Of a DNA stretch of 64,000 nt, positions 42,340-56,300 are shown piece after piece. Position 1 is the first letter of the stretch. Each line of letters starts with the position of its first letter. Source of the DNA: Eledone cirrhosa (Eukaryota); NCBI GenBank assembly GCA_964016885.1, contig OZ024743.1, positions 47,306,001 to 47,370,000 on the forward strand, given 5' to 3'. The translations under genes and the position numbers were made by a program. The notes under the pieces are model-generated. The model saw only the letters and a program-made list of their open reading frames with translations, did no database searches and was not told the DNA's origin.

Positions 42340-44735
42340 TATATTCACATATATCCCTCACCAGATCTCAACCCAGGGCCAGGGTTGGGATGGTTGACAC
42401 ATTTTTCAAGCTCCATAGATAACTGATTATTACAAAATATATGATGGATAAAGTGCCCCTTTTTGTCCATGGGTACAGCGTGGTTCGCCCTCCCAACATT
42501 AACATTGCTCTTCGAAAAATGTAAGCACGATTTTTTTAAAATCTGTTTTATACAAGGTTTACCTGGCATGTGATCCAAGTGTTTGTCAGTTCCCTTGTTT
42601 ATCAGGTCCAGTGCTCCAACTACAACTAGAATAATGGTAGCCATCATACCCCACATTCATTCAATCTCTATTTCAAGTTTCTTGTACTTTGAGATCTTTT
42701 CAAATATCTTGAAAGACACATTGCAATCAACAAGTACTGACATGTCTATCATGAAGCACATTTGGTTTTATCTTTTATAATATCAGGTCTGTTTGCTTTG
42801 ATTGTCCTGTCAGTTTGTATTGTAAAATCCCATAGTATTATTACATGGGCGGTGGATTGGCAGTATCGGTAGAGGGTCGGACGCCATGCTTGCAGCATAA
42901 AGTTATGGCCTTTGCCATTCTGAGTTCAAATCCCGCCGTGGTTAACTTTGCCTTTCATTCTTACGGGGGTCGATTAAATAAAGTACCAGTAATGCACTGG
43001 GATAATTGCTGGCCTGTGCCAAAAGTAGAAACAATTATTACATAACCAATTTCAGTTACCGAGTGTCGATGATGTTGATACCAGTTTTATGTTACATCTT
43101 TTTCATAGGATTTCAATATTTTCCAGTGGATGTACTGCCCCACTCTGTCTTGTCTATTTTTGTATTCAGACGGCGCTAAAGTGGTGGATGTAGATATTAA
43201 ATGATACACTTTCACTATTTCTGTCACAGAACCGGCATTTTCGGTCATTATGTTTTCCCAATATGTTTGCCTGATGATTTTTTGTGGCAAGGCATTAGTC
43301 TTGTGCAGCCAGTATGAAACCCTCTCTTTCGGCTTTCAGTCCTGAACTGCGCAGTCACTGAAAGGGTTTAGGTTTTGTTTACATCAGCTTGCCTGATTCG
43401 AGTCAAGTACCGGCCATGTAGTGGTTTATTTTGCCATCGTTCCTTTCTCTGCTCAAGAGTTCCTTCCTTTGCTTTTGTTTTTATAGCCTTTACTGCCACT
43501 GTTGGAGGAAGAGGAGTTTCTTGAGTCACATCTGCGCTTAGATTTATTCCATACATATATTTGTAGCTTTCTTTTATCAGAGAGTAAAGCTTTGAGCTGG
43601 CTTCATGCTGTTTTACTGCCTGCATCATCTAATCATTGGTTACCTCGAGATATTGATACGGGCCAATTGTTTTTGTCTTGTAGAACAGCTCCAATGGGAT
43701 TAGAGCTCTGCTTCCTTCAGATCTGGGCAGGTAGAATCGCTAAATGTCAGTTTTAGGGTGTTGCATACGGGGACATGTGAAGAGTTTAGAGTCTTAGTAT
43801 CAATTCTTTTGATATCTTGTACTGTCCATTTAACTATGTTAAAGCTGTATTAAACAACAGGTACAGCAAAGCTGTTTACCGCAGATAGTCTGTTCTTTGA
43901 ATTGTGCTCTGTGCTTATGATAAGTCGCATTTGTCTATAATATTCTTTTCTGACTTTTTCCTTCATTGGGGTGTGACTTATCCCCCCACATTCAGAAATA
44001 CCAAGATATTTGTAGGAGTCCTCTTCATCTAGGTCTCTTATTTTTGTGTTTATGTTGGAACTTGCAGTAACTTTGCCTTTTTTTAAGGACAGGTTTGCAC
44101 ACTTATCAAGACCAAAGTCCATGCCTATGTAATCGTAAAAATATTTCACTGTCTTAAGAAGACCCTCTAATTTGTTATCATTTTTAGTGAAGAGCTTAAG
44201 ATCCTCATATATAAGAGATGGATGAAAAGGCTTTAATTTAATTTTGTAGCCATAGTTCATCCTTAATTCATGAGAAAGAGGGATTAATGCTATACAGAAG
44301 AGTGGGGAATGAAGCTCCCTGAAATATTCCTCTGTATATCGAGATTTCTTCTGAATTTGTTGCCCCTTTGCTGTGTTTTAAGAAAATAGTTGTTTCCCAT
44401 GAACCAATACTCTGTTTCAAGAAATTTATAATTTGGGGAGATATTTTGTAAATTTCACGAGATTGATGAATCTGTGAATGGGGGACACTGTCAAAGGTTT
44501 TTGATAGTGTCCCCCATTACCAGGGCTGTGCTGAGACTTCTTTTCTTTGTAGAGCAGTTTTCCAGTATAATTTTGTTTATCAATAGTTGGTCCTTACAAC
44601 CACATGATCCCCGTTTACACCCCTTTTGTTCTGTTGGTAAGATATTGTTTCCCTGCAGAAATGAATACTCAAGTCATTGATTATTGATGTTAAGAGTTTG
44701 TATGTGGTGGACAGGCATGTTGTTGGTCTGTAATT
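42340..44735 (-). pseudogene. Decayed R4/Dong-like LINE (RT plus RLE), interrupted by a SINE
   Basis: NYRPTTCLSTTYKLLTSII, EDLKLF..., IGMDFGLDKCA, YKYLGI, WQNKPLHGRY, LAPSEYKNRQDRVGQYIHWKI, VVGAL. Confidence 0.85.
42847..43035 (+). mobile_element. SINE family A copy nested in the LINE, TSD ATTATTACAT
   Basis: Full SINE with flanking duplication. Confidence 0.9.
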
Positions 44736-44737
44736 TT

Positions 44738-44772
<35 letters not shown>

Positions 44773-44915
44773 TTAAATGTTAAACAAGGTTCAATGAATA
44801 AATCAAAGAATAAAGTTTTACAATAGATTAGAAGCACTCCACAGAATTGGTTTTCCGGAGTTATTAATATTAATTCAAAATATTAATAAAAATAGACATT
44901 CGTGTGATCAAGTAT

Positions 44916-44980
44916 ATTTTATTATACATATTTCAGAGGTACTGAGCTATCTTCAACAGTACGTCCTCATCAGATAAAAT
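44916..44980 (-). ncRNA. Type I hammerhead, canonical core
   Basis: ATTTTAT-CTGATGA-GGAC-GTACTG...CAGTAC-CTCT-GAAA-TATGTA-TA-ATAAAAT. Confidence 0.75.
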
Positions 44981-46129
44981 AAGATGACGCATGACATACC
45001 CTGACTAAGTAGATGGTTAAGATTCAGTCATGGCAGTGAATAAGATATGACAAAACTCAATATTTATATACCTTAAGATTGAGACAGGAAAAAATTACAT
45101 ATAATACAGAGGGTGCGTGTGAGAAAGCTTATAAAAATACATAATAATAACCAGCTACTAATATAATAGAAATTTACATAACTGTTAGAGATTCAAATAA
45201 TTTAAATTATTGAAGAAAGAAGAAAGACAGAGAGAGAAACAGATGAGGAAAAAGATAGTTACTAGAAGTATAGAAATATCGTATGCACTAAAGCAAAAGA
45301 AAATTGATTAAGGATAGAGAGACAAGGAAGAATAATTTGTATAATATAAAGCATAGGGAGGGAGATTTGTATTCTCGTGGATAAATAGCGTATAATTAGA
45401 TGATGCAAAAATATATATATATATGAATAAATAAATATACATTTGGGTATAGCTTTGTGAATGAATAATTTCGAATCGTTGAATTATCTAGAAATAATCA
45501 ATCAATCAAAATATCAAATATATCTGGGTGTAGTTATATGAGGGTTTAATGTTGAGTCCTTAAGTTAATTAGAAATAGACTATTAATCAATTATATATAT
45601 CCAAACGTATCCGGATGACCGTTAAATTTCGAATCATTTATGTTAGTTCAAAATAGTGAATTAATCTAAAGGTATAATATTTCAGGATATAAAATTTATA
45701 AGTTTTTATATTATAGTATAATATCATATTTAAAGTATTTGCAAACATGAGAAAGAAGAGACTTAATATTTTCTTCATCCCGAAGGTAATCCATATTAAA
45801 TTATATTATATTTAAAAAAAGGTTATATTAAAGAGATTTTATATTAAAAAATAATCATTATATAATTTAAAAAGTAATTACAATTATAACTTTTAAACTT
45901 TTAAATTAACAATTAGAATGCCCTAAAGTATCCAAAGGCCTTAAAAATAATATTATTAAACTAGATATACGCATTTGTCTAAATTTATACAAAGAGTATA
46001 TTGTTTAAAGTTTAAGACGATATTAGTCAGTTATATATAATATAATATAATATAATAAATAAGTTACTGTTAATATTGTTAAAAGTAAGGTTTACCGTCA
46101 ATTATTATATTAGCATCATGTAATACATA

Positions 46130-46836
46130 TCTATATATATAAAACAGAGGATGTCTGTGTGTCTGTTTCCCTAAAACTCGAGAAGTACCCAACCGGTTTT
46201 TTTCAAACTTTATACATGTAACTCGTATGACTCCGGAAGTGTTTTGAGCAAAAAAAATTTCAAATTTTCATAGATATGACGTCGCGCCTTCATAATATCT
46301 GTCTGTATGCCAGCTGTCTGCATTACGTCATTATGACGCGATCAGTGTGTGTGTGTATATATATGCTTATGCCAGGGAACGTCTTCACGAACCAAAGTAT
46401 CGTCCTTCCTGTTTTCCAGATTGATTTTTTTAGTTTCAGAAGATTCCGTTATGGTTGAAAGCAGCGATTCTTTGCTTAAACATTAATATGTTATTTTAAT
46501 ATAGATATTCGTGTACAGATATTTTTGCATACACAAAAACAAAATATAAACAAACAAGGCCAAAGATTACATCAATTAGTCTTAGTGTACTTCATACTGC
46601 TTTTAGGTAGAATATCCCGTTAAGGGTGAAAGCAGTGATTCTTTGCTTAAACTTTAGTCTGTTATTTTAATATATATATATATATAATTATATATTTATG
46701 GACAGATATTTTTGCATACACAATAACAAAATATAAACAAACGTATTTATTTCACGAGGTTCGATAAGGATAAATATATATCAAATATATAAGAACCCTA
46801 TAGCAAATCCCGAGCAACGCCGGGCCATTCTGCTAG
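46130..46836 (+). mobile_element. Complete non-autonomous Helitron
   Basis: A|TCTATATATATAAAA 5' end; 3' hairpin CCCGagcaacgcCGGG then CTAG|T; no TSD. Confidence 0.8.
46432..46481 (+). ncRNA. CAGAAGA-core hammerhead copy inside the Helitron (partial second copy ~46610-46653)
   Basis: GTTT-CAGAAGA-TTCC-gttat-GGTT-GAAA-GCA...TGC-TT-AAAC. Confidence 0.5.
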
Positions 46837-47120
46837 TATACTATAAATATACAAATCAAACTTCATGAATGATAAAAGATGAGACACAGATTCAAAATAA
46901 ATAAATAAATGGTTTGCGATCCTATAAGTGTCAAATATCTAAGCTATATAATTTAAAAATACAAGAAAATATAAGAAAATTTTTAAGGATCCATATTATA
47001 GTATAGTATCATATTTAAAGTGTCTTAAGGTATATAAATATTGAGTTTTGTCATATCTTATTCACTGCCATGACTGAATTTTAACCATCTACTTAGTCAG
47101 AGTATGTCATGCATCATCTT

Positions 47121-47185
47121 ATTTTATCTGATGAGGACGTACTGTTGAAGATAGATCAGTACCTCTGAAATATGTATAATAAAAT
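47121..47185 (+). ncRNA. Type I hammerhead, mirror copy of 44916-44980
   Basis: ATTTTAT-CTGATGA-GGACGTACTG...CAGTACCTCT-GAAA-TATGTATA-ATAAAAT. Confidence 0.75.
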
Positions 47186-47226
47186 ATACTTGATCACACG
47201 AATGTCTATTTTTATTAATATTTAGA

Positions 47227-47267
<41 letters not shown>

Positions 47268-47272
47268 CGTGC

Positions 47273-47540
47273 ATAGTGGAGGCACGTGGACTTACATAAG
47301 GACTTACATAATGCCGTGGGTTCGATTCCTGGGTTGCGTGTTGTGTTCTTGATCAAAACACTTCATTTCACGTTGCTCCAGTATACTCAGCTGAAAATGA
47401 GTACCAGGAATAGGTGGGGGTTTAACCCTGCGATGGACTAGCGGGGACTAGCGGGGAGTCTTGTACTCTCAGTCGCTTTACGCCATGAAACCGGGATAAG
47501 CACCGGCCAAATAAGTCTCCTGGCTTAAGACAGACTTTTT
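47273..47540 (+). mobile_element. Third tRNA-derived SINE family C
   Basis: B-box GGTTCGATTCC, gtgttcttgatcaaaacactt...aaccctgcgatggactagc...gaaaccgggataagc; fragment at ~27150-27210 (-). Confidence 0.6.
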
Positions 47541-47551
47541 AGACACGTATA

Positions 47552-47587
<36 letters not shown>

Positions 47588-47629
47588 CGATATTAAATAA
47601 ATGGAAACTATATTTATAAAACCATATTT

Positions 47630-47693
47630 ATTTCATTATATATATTTCAGGGATATCATATTAAAAATATGTTATGCCTTCTTCAGACAAAAT
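47630..47693 (-). ncRNA. Hammerhead in the sense-strand 3' pLTR of the PLE
   Basis: ATTTTGT-CTGAAGA-AGGCAT-aa-CATATT-ttt-AATATG-ATATCCCT-GAAA-TATATA-TA-ATGAAAT. Confidence 0.75.
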
Positions 47694-49052
47694 ACAATAT
47701 AAACAGTCTTACAAATAGATAGATTCGACATACCTTTCAACTTCGACTTCTATTTGAAAAGTTGATTTGGTAGTGAAAAAATATTAGGGACAGTTATAAA
47801 AAGAAAGAAAGAAAAACGAAGAAAAAGAAGAAATGCATGCAACTAAATAGAGAGAGATAGATATAGAGAGATATATAGAGAGAAGAAATTCATGCAAAGA
47901 AACAGAGAGAGATATATAGAGAGAGGAAAAAACAGAGGGAGATAGATAGAGAGAGAGAGAGAGAAGAGAGGAGAGAGAGAAAGAGAGAAAATATAGAGAG
48001 ATAGATATAGATAGAGATAGAGAGAAAGAAAATAGGTAGTTGGGCACCAGTTGAATGACGTATCAATGATATATTTATTTATTTATTTATTTATTTAGCT
48101 CTAGTATTAATGTAGAGAGAGATATATGTGGTTAAGAGAGAAAACAGCCGTTACATAGAGAGAAAAGAAAAATATCCAGACATAAACGAGGCAGATTTAA
48201 AACACTATGTTTCATCAATGTAAAAAATATCAATTCGTATAAAACAGGCATTATAATGTAAATATCAGTATTCATGAATGAGACACGTATCAATAATGTG
48301 TGAAAAATAATGATCATATGTCTAGTTTAAAATTCCTAGGTTTATATTAGAGTTGAGATAAATAGAAGGTTAACCCAGATTTTATACTATATACATCCAT
48401 GTGAATTTACGTGATCAGCTCTGCAAATTCCTATTTCACACGAAAACATTCTCATTGTGCTATAAAAATTCTAGTATACATATATGTGTACATACACACA
48501 AATATATATAGAGTCTACATTAATTTTAACAATACTATTCATGTCTTTACTCTACATGATTATCGTTCAAGCATAAATAGAGAACAGATATCAGTATATC
48601 AATAAAAATATCAGAAACAAAAAATAAATAAATAAAAAACAAAAAAATCAAAAAAATATTAAAAATAAAAATATTAAAAATATTAAAAATATTAAAATAA
48701 AAATAAAACATAGTATGCCCCGCAAATCAACCACAGAGATCAACCCTTCAAAGTTAATTGACAATATATTGCCAAGTTCGTTATAAGCATCAGAATCAAA
48801 AGCAAACAAAACCAAAAATTATCTACCAAATCCTGTCTAGCAGAAAGCATTCCAAAAGTTTAGGATACCCATTTGATCTACAGATGGTCTTATATTTAAT
48901 ATAGAAGTTTATCTAGTGTAAAATTTATTCGATATATTTGGAGCATCAGCTTTTAGGGTAGTTTAATTATTCATGAAGAATGTTTAAAATAAAAAGGAAT
49001 CGAAAGATTTATCGGCGAGTTTCATAAATAATTATAAATCAAATTAAATATA

Positions 49053-50588
49053 CTACATTTTAAATTTATATTTATATTTAAAAGTTGAGTTCAATCTATG
49101 TCTGCAGCAACTGAATAAATTTGTCCGTAAATTAAGGGAATTTTTAGATTTTAGTATAAAGAATATCTCCTCCGCGCAGAGGTCACATGTCTCAGAGGAT
49201 GAATTAAAAGGAATCCCTCTTGAGACTATATTCCAAGCCGTTGAATATCCAACGTTATCATGCCTAAGTTGCCAGAGTAAGCCTGATAGTGATGTTGAGG
49301 ATTTTTTGCTTGGATCTGTGAAAGAATTCTTGTGGTTATTATAGCGAAGTTTAAATTCTGTCGAGGTGGAACCAACATAGTTAAAAGAATTTAAGTCCGT
49401 TTTAACATTACAGTTGTATATTATATTTTTAACTAAGCAATTATTATTTAAAGGACATTTAGATCTATCTCTACAGTTACATTTGTTAACTTGGATATTA
49501 TTTATGCTATTATCGGTATTTTGGCTAGGTTTTAAATTCCTATTATTTATTCTATTAATATTTTGTGCTAAATTTTTGGTGGATGAGTAGGTTAATTTTA
49601 TAGTATGTCTATTGAAAATTGAGTGATACCTATGTGTTCTAGGGAAGCGATTATCAAGAGCATTAAAAAATAGTTTAGCGATGTGGGTTTTAATGTTTAG
49701 TGAGAAAGGGGGGGGGGGGGGCAAACCATATTATATTCCTAGTTCTATTTCTTTTTTGGCTTTTGGAATTATTGTAATGCTTTCTATTATAGTTGTTAAA
49801 GTTGTTGCCGTAATTAAAATTGTTGTTATTTTGGTTAGTTTGTCTATTATTATCTATGTACATAATTTTATCACTATATCCTGCTCTAGCTAACGCTTCA
49901 TTGTAATACTGGGCTTTTTCGTCGAAAATCTTTTTATTGGATGAGATTCTAGAGATACGATTTTGAACAGAGTTTACTATAGTATTTTTAACAGATCTGG
50001 GGTGGTTAGAGTTAAAGCTGACATAGTTTAAGTTTTCATTCAACTTGTGAAATGGATAGTGAAGACATGTGTTGAGATTTAATGTTACATCTAGGAAATT
50101 GACTATTCTATGGTTATTCTCAATTTCTATTTTTAGATTAAAGTAATTAAAAAATTGTGTAATTTGTTTTCTTTTTCTATTTAGTTCAGAGTTATTATTT
50201 TCAATAAGTAAAAGCATGTCATCTCTATATAAACCTCCGGTAGCACCGGGTATTTTCCTATGCAGCGAATTGATTAAAAATAGGCCCACAAGGTCAGTTA
50301 CCTGAGCTGAGTCGGATGATCCCATAGTAATGTCGAAATTGTTATCTCTATCTGCTCTGGTCCATAGTTGGTCATTAAATTCTATCAATGTTTTCCTAGC
50401 CGATAATATAATGTGCATTTCATTGCTAGTTAGGTCTGTATGTTTGAATGCGTAATTTAGTGCCTTATTTAGTAGATTAGGGGTAATAGATGAATAATAG
50501 TTAGCGATATCTAGTTGAATAAACTTATTATTATTGTTATATTTAATTTCTTTAAACCACTCAACAACCTCTCCAGTTCCCTTCCATA
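49053..50588 (-). pseudogene. Penelope-like RT with C-terminal GIY-YIG endonuclease; 5' truncated, one frameshift at a G14 run
   Basis: FIQLDIANYYSSI (motif A), ITMGSSDSAQVTDL (B), GLYRDD (C), VNFLDVTL, NSNHP, IIWF..PPFS, CNCR...CPL...C, NIIY...YVG.T..FKLRYNNH, CDLCAEE, CRH. Confidence 0.92.
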
Positions 50589-50620
50589 AATCTATCTATT
50601 TATAAGACTGTTTATATTGT

Positions 50621-50684
50621 ATTTTGTCTGAAGAAGGTATAACATATTTTTAATATGATATCCCTGAAATATATATAATGAAAT
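50621..50684 (+). ncRNA. Hammerhead in the inverted 5' pLTR of the PLE
   Basis: ATTTTGT-CTGAAGA-AGGTAT...ATATCCCT-GAAA-TATATA-TA-ATGAAAT. Confidence 0.75.
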
Positions 50685-50812
50685 AAATATGGTTTTATAA
50701 ATATAGTTTCCATTTATTTAATATCGTAAATATACTCCAAATACTTGTTGAGTGCTTTTATATCAGTTATAAATATTTACTCGTTGTTAACCCAACATTT
50801 TAAATAAAACTT

Positions 50813-50870
<58 letters not shown>

Positions 50871-50952
50871 TACTTACGGTAAATATTGATGCAATTCAAT
50901 TCAAGTACTCAACGTCAAGTTGCTTCTTCCAAATAAGAATGGCGGAGTATAT

Positions 50953-51004
<52 letters not shown>

Positions 51005-51043
51005 GGGGGGGGAGAATACAGAGAGAGAGAGACAAGTTTATGT

Positions 51044-51074
<31 letters not shown>

Positions 51075-51529
51075 AGTGTGTGTATGTGTATATATATGAG
51101 TGTGTGTGTGTATGTGTATATATATATATGAGTGTGTGTGTGTGTGTATGTCTATATGTATGAGTGTGTGTGTGTGTATGTCTATATATATGAGTGTGTG
51201 TGTGTATGTATATATATATACACACACAAGTATATACAAAAGTGTGTATGTTCGATCCCTCGACAGAATTAACAAGTTGCTAGAAATAACTACCTAATCT
51301 TTCTCCAACTACATCCTACCGTATTAAAAAAGGAACAACACTTTAGACAATATGGTACTATATGGTCATCAGTGAAATACACTATATCGACGTGATGGTT
51401 ACGGCTGGAATGCCTTTGATTTCCTGGTCTACTTAATCAGTATTAACCTGGAGCGGCAACAACAACAACAACACTCACCTGTGAAGTTATATTTGTTGTT
51501 GTTACAGGATAAACTAATATGAACACCAC

Positions 51530-52745
51530 GACACACAGACACCCCCACACTGGCAGACACACACACAGACACACAGACACCCCCACACTGGCAGACACGC
51601 ACACAGACACACAGACACCCCCACACTGGCAGACACACACACAGACACACAGACACCCCCACACTGGCAGACACGCACAGACACACAGACACACAGACAC
51701 CCCCACACTGGCAGACACGCACACAGACACACAGACACACCCACACTGGCAGACACGCACACAGACACACAGACACCCCCACACTGGCAGACACGCACAC
51801 AGACAGACAGACACCCCCACACTGGCAGACACGCACACAGACACACAGACACACCCACACTGGCAGACACGCACACAGACACACAGACACCCCCACACTG
51901 GCAGACACGCACACAGACACACAGACACCCCCACACTGGCAGACACGCACACAGACACACAGACACCCCCACACTGGCAGACACGCACACAGACACACAG
52001 ACACCCCCACACTGGCAGACACACACACAGACACACAGACACCCCCACACTGGCAGACACACACACAGACACACAGACACCCCCACACTGGCAGACACAC
52101 ACACAGACACACAGACACCCCCACACTGGCAGACACGCACACAGACACACAGACACCCCCACACTGGCAGACACACACACAGACACACAGACACCCCCAC
52201 ACTGGCAGACACGCACACAGACACACAGACACCCCCACACTGGCAGACACACACACAGACACACAGACACCCCCACACTGGCAGACACACACACAGACAC
52301 ACAGACACCCCCACACTGGCAGACACGCACACAGACACACAGACACCCCCACACTGGCAGACACACACACAGACACACAGACACCCCCACACTGGCAGAC
52401 ACGCACACAGACACACAGACACCCCCACACTGGCAGACACGCACACAGACACACAGACACCCCCACACTGGCAGACACGCACACAGACACACAGACACCC
52501 CCACACTGGCAGACACACACACAGACACACAGACACCCCCACACTGGCAGACACGCACACAGACACACAGACACCCCCACACTGGCAGACACGCACACAG
52601 ACACACAGACACCCCCACACTGGCAGACACACACACAGACACACAGACACCCCCACACTGGCAGACACACACACAGACACACAAACACCCCCACACTGGC
52701 AGACACACACACAGAGACACAGACACCCCCACACTGGCAGACACA
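51530..52745. repeat. 38-bp CA-rich minisatellite, ~32 copies
   Basis: acccccacactggcagacacrcacacagacacacagac. Confidence 0.95.
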
Positions 52746-53344
52746 CACTGGTACCAACACACAGACACACACACACTACAACACACAGACACACACACAC
52801 ACTACAACACACAGGCACCTACACACACACACATACACGACAACACACACACATACAGAGAGAGAGGGGTGTACTACAACACATCCACACTGGCACCAAC
52901 ACACAGACACACACACACACTACAACACACTGGGACCAACACACACACTACAACACATACACAGAGAGAAAGAGAGACGGGGTGCCCTACAACACCTCCA
53001 CACATAGATACACAGACATACACACATATACACACAGACTTACACACATATATACATAGACATACACACATATATACACAGACATACACACATATATACA
53101 CAGACATACACACATATATACACAGACAAACACACATATATACACAGACATACACAGACATACACAGACATACACACATATATACATAGACATACACACA
53201 TATATACACAGACATACACAGACATACACAGACATACACACATATATACATAGACATACACGTGCACATTCTCCCTTCCTGTAACAAGTTACCAACTCTA
53301 TCTTACTGTTGATTACCATTATTCCTTCATTGATAAATTAGTAA

Positions 53345-56300
53345 GGGTGGTGGATTGGCAGTGTTGGTAGAGGGTCTGACACCATGTTAGGGTGGTGGAT
53401 TGGCAGTGTTGGTAGAGGGTCTGACACCATGTTATGGTGGTGGATTGGCAGTGTTGGTAGAGGGTCTGACACCATGCTAGGGTGGTGGATTGGCAGTGTT
53501 GGTAGAGGGTCTGACACCATGTTATGGTGGTGGATTGGCAGTGTTGGTAGAGGGTCTGACACCATGCTAGGGTGGTGGATTGGCAGTGTTGGTAGAGGGT
53601 CTGACACCATGTTATGGTGGTGGATTGGCAGTGTTGGTAGAGGGTCTGACACCATGTTATGGTGGTGGATTGGCAGTGTTGGTAGAGGGTCTGACACCAT
53701 GCTAGGGTGGTGGATTGGCAGTGTTGGTAGAGGGTCTGACACCATGTTAGGGTGGTGGATTGGCAGTGTTGGTAGAGGGTCTGACACCATGCTAGGGTGG
53801 TGGATTGGCAGTGTTGGTAGAGGGTCTGACACCATGTTATGGTGGTGGATTGGCAGTGTTGGTAGAGGGTCTGACACCATGCTAGGGTGGTGGATTGGCA
53901 GTGTTGGTAGAGGGTCTGACACCATGTTATGGTGGTGGATTGGCAGTGTTGGTAGAGGGTCTGACACCATGTTATGGTGGTGGATTGGCAGTGTTGGTAG
54001 AGGGTCTGACACCATGCTAGGGTGGTGGATTGGCAGTGTTGGTAGAGGGTCTGACACCATGTTAGGGTGGTGGATTGGCAGTGTTGGTAGAGGGTCTGAC
54101 ACCATGCTAGGGTGGTGGATTGGCAGTGTTGGTAGAGGGTCTGACACCATGTTAGGGTGGTGGATTGGCAGTGTCGGTAGAGGGTCTGACACCATGTTAT
54201 GGTGGTGGATTGACAGTATCGGTAGAGGGTCTGACACCATGTTAGGGTGGTGGATTGGCAGTGTCGGTAGAGGGTCTGACACCATGTTAGGGCGGTGGAT
54301 TGGCAGTGTCGGTAGAGGGTCTGACACCATGTTAGGGTGGTGGATTGGCAGTGTCGGTAGAGGGTCTGACACCATGTTAGGGTGGTGGATTGACAGTATC
54401 GGTAGAGGGTCTGACACCATGTTAGGGTGGTAGATTGGCAGTGTCGGTAGAGGGTCTGACACCATGTTAGGGTGGTGGATTGGCAGTGTCGGTAGAGGGT
54501 CTGACACCATGTTATGGTGGTGGATTGACAGTATCGGTAGAGGGTCTGACACCATGTTAGGGTGGTGGATTGGCAGTGTCGGTAGAGGGTCTGACACCAT
54601 GTTAGGGTGGTGGATTGGCAGTGTCGGTAGAGGGTCTGACACCATGTTAGGGTAGTGGATTGGCAGTGTTGGTAGAGGGTCTGACACCATGTTAGGGTGG
54701 TGGATTGGCAGTGTCGGTAGAGGGTCTGACACCATGTTAGGGTGGTGGATTGGCAGTGTCGGTAGAGGGTCTGACACCATGTTAGGGTAGTGGATTGGCA
54801 GTGTTGGTAGAGGGTCTGACACCATGTTAGGGTGGTGGATTGGCAGTGTCGGTAGAGGGTCTGACACCATGTTATGGTGGTGGATTGACAGTATCGGTAG
54901 AGGGTCTGACACCATGTTAGGGTGGTGGATTGGCAGTGTCGGTAGAGGGTCTGACACCATGTTAGGGTGGTGGATTGGCAGTGTCGGTAGAGGGTCTGAC
55001 ACCATGTTAGGGTAGTGGATTGGCAGTGTTGGTAGAGGGTCTGACACCATGTTAGGGTGGTGGATTGGCAGTGTCGGTAGAGGGTCTGACACCATGTTAG
55101 GGTGGTGGATTGGCAGTGTTGGTAGAGGGTCTGACACCATGTTAGGGTGGTGGATTGGCAGTATCGGTAGAGGGTCTGACACCATGCTAGGGTGGTGGAT
55201 TGGCAGTATCGGTAGAAGGTCTGACACCATGCTAGGGTGGTGGATTGGCAGTATCGGTAGAGGGTCTGACACCATGTTAGGGTGGTGGATTGGCAGTATC
55301 GGTAGAGGGTCTGACACCATGCTAGGGTGGTGGATTGGCAGTGTCGGTAGAGGGTCTAATACCATGTTAGGGTGGTGGATTGGTAGTATCGGTAGAGGGT
55401 CTGACACCATGCTAGGGTGGTGGATTGGCAGTGTCGGTAGAGGGTCTGACACCATGCTAGGGTGGTGGATTGGCAGTGTCGGTAGAGGGTCTGACACCAT
55501 GTTAGGGTGGTGGATTGGCAGTGTCGGTAGAGGGTCTGACACCATGCTAGGGTGGTGGATTGGCAGTGTCGGTAGAAGGTCTGACACCATGCTAGGGTGG
55601 TGGATTGACAGTATCGGTAGAGGGTCTGACACCATGTTAGGGTGGTGGATTGGCAGTGTTGGTAGAGGGTCTGACACCATGTTAGGGTGGTGGATTGACA
55701 GTATCGGTAGAGGGTCTGACACCATGCTAGGGTGGTGGATTGGCAGTATCGGTAGAGGGTCTGACACCATGTTAGGGCGGTGGATTGGCAGTGTCGGTAG
55801 AGGGTCTGACACCATGTTAGGGTGGTGGATTGGCAGTGTCGGTAGAGGGTCTGACACCATGTTAGGGTGGTGGATTGAGAGTATCGGTAGAGGGTCTGAC
55901 ACCATGCTAGGGTGGTGGATTGGCAGTGTCGGTAGAGGGTCTGACACCATGTTAGGGTGGTGGATTGGCAGTGTCGGTAGAGGGTCTGACACCATGCTAG
56001 GGTGGTGGATTGGGAGTATCGGTAGAGGGTCTGACACCATGTTAAGGTGGTGGATTGGCAGTGTTGGTAGAGGGTCTGACACCATGCTAGGGTGGTGGAT
56101 TGGCAGTGTCGGTAGAGGGTCTGACACCATGTTAGGGTGGTGGATTGGCAGTGTCGGTAGAAGGTCTGACACCATGTTAGGGTGGTGGATTGGCAGTGTC
56201 GGTAGAGGGTCTGACACCATGTTAGGGTGGTGGATTGGCAGTGTCGGTAGAGGGTCTGACACCATGTTAGGGTGGTGGATTGGCAGTGTCGGTAGAAGGT

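Larger units (their letters stand above)
44772..47229. mobile_element. Decayed PLE-like element with ~200-bp inverted pseudo-LTRs, each with a hammerhead
   Basis: 44873-45078 is the reverse complement of 47023-47229; (TA)n on both flanks; interior AT-rich with no intact ORF. Confidence 0.7.
47588..50815 (-). mobile_element. 5'-truncated Penelope-like retroelement with 3' pLTR and inverted 5' pLTR
   Basis: RT + GIY-YIG ORF on minus strand; 47588-47725 is the reverse complement of 50589-50727; (TA)n on both flanks. Confidence 0.9.

Noticed and set aside
51429-53189. Cys/Val- or His/Thr-rich ORFs of 430-560 aa
   Set aside because: 38-bp CA-rich minisatellite open in several frames
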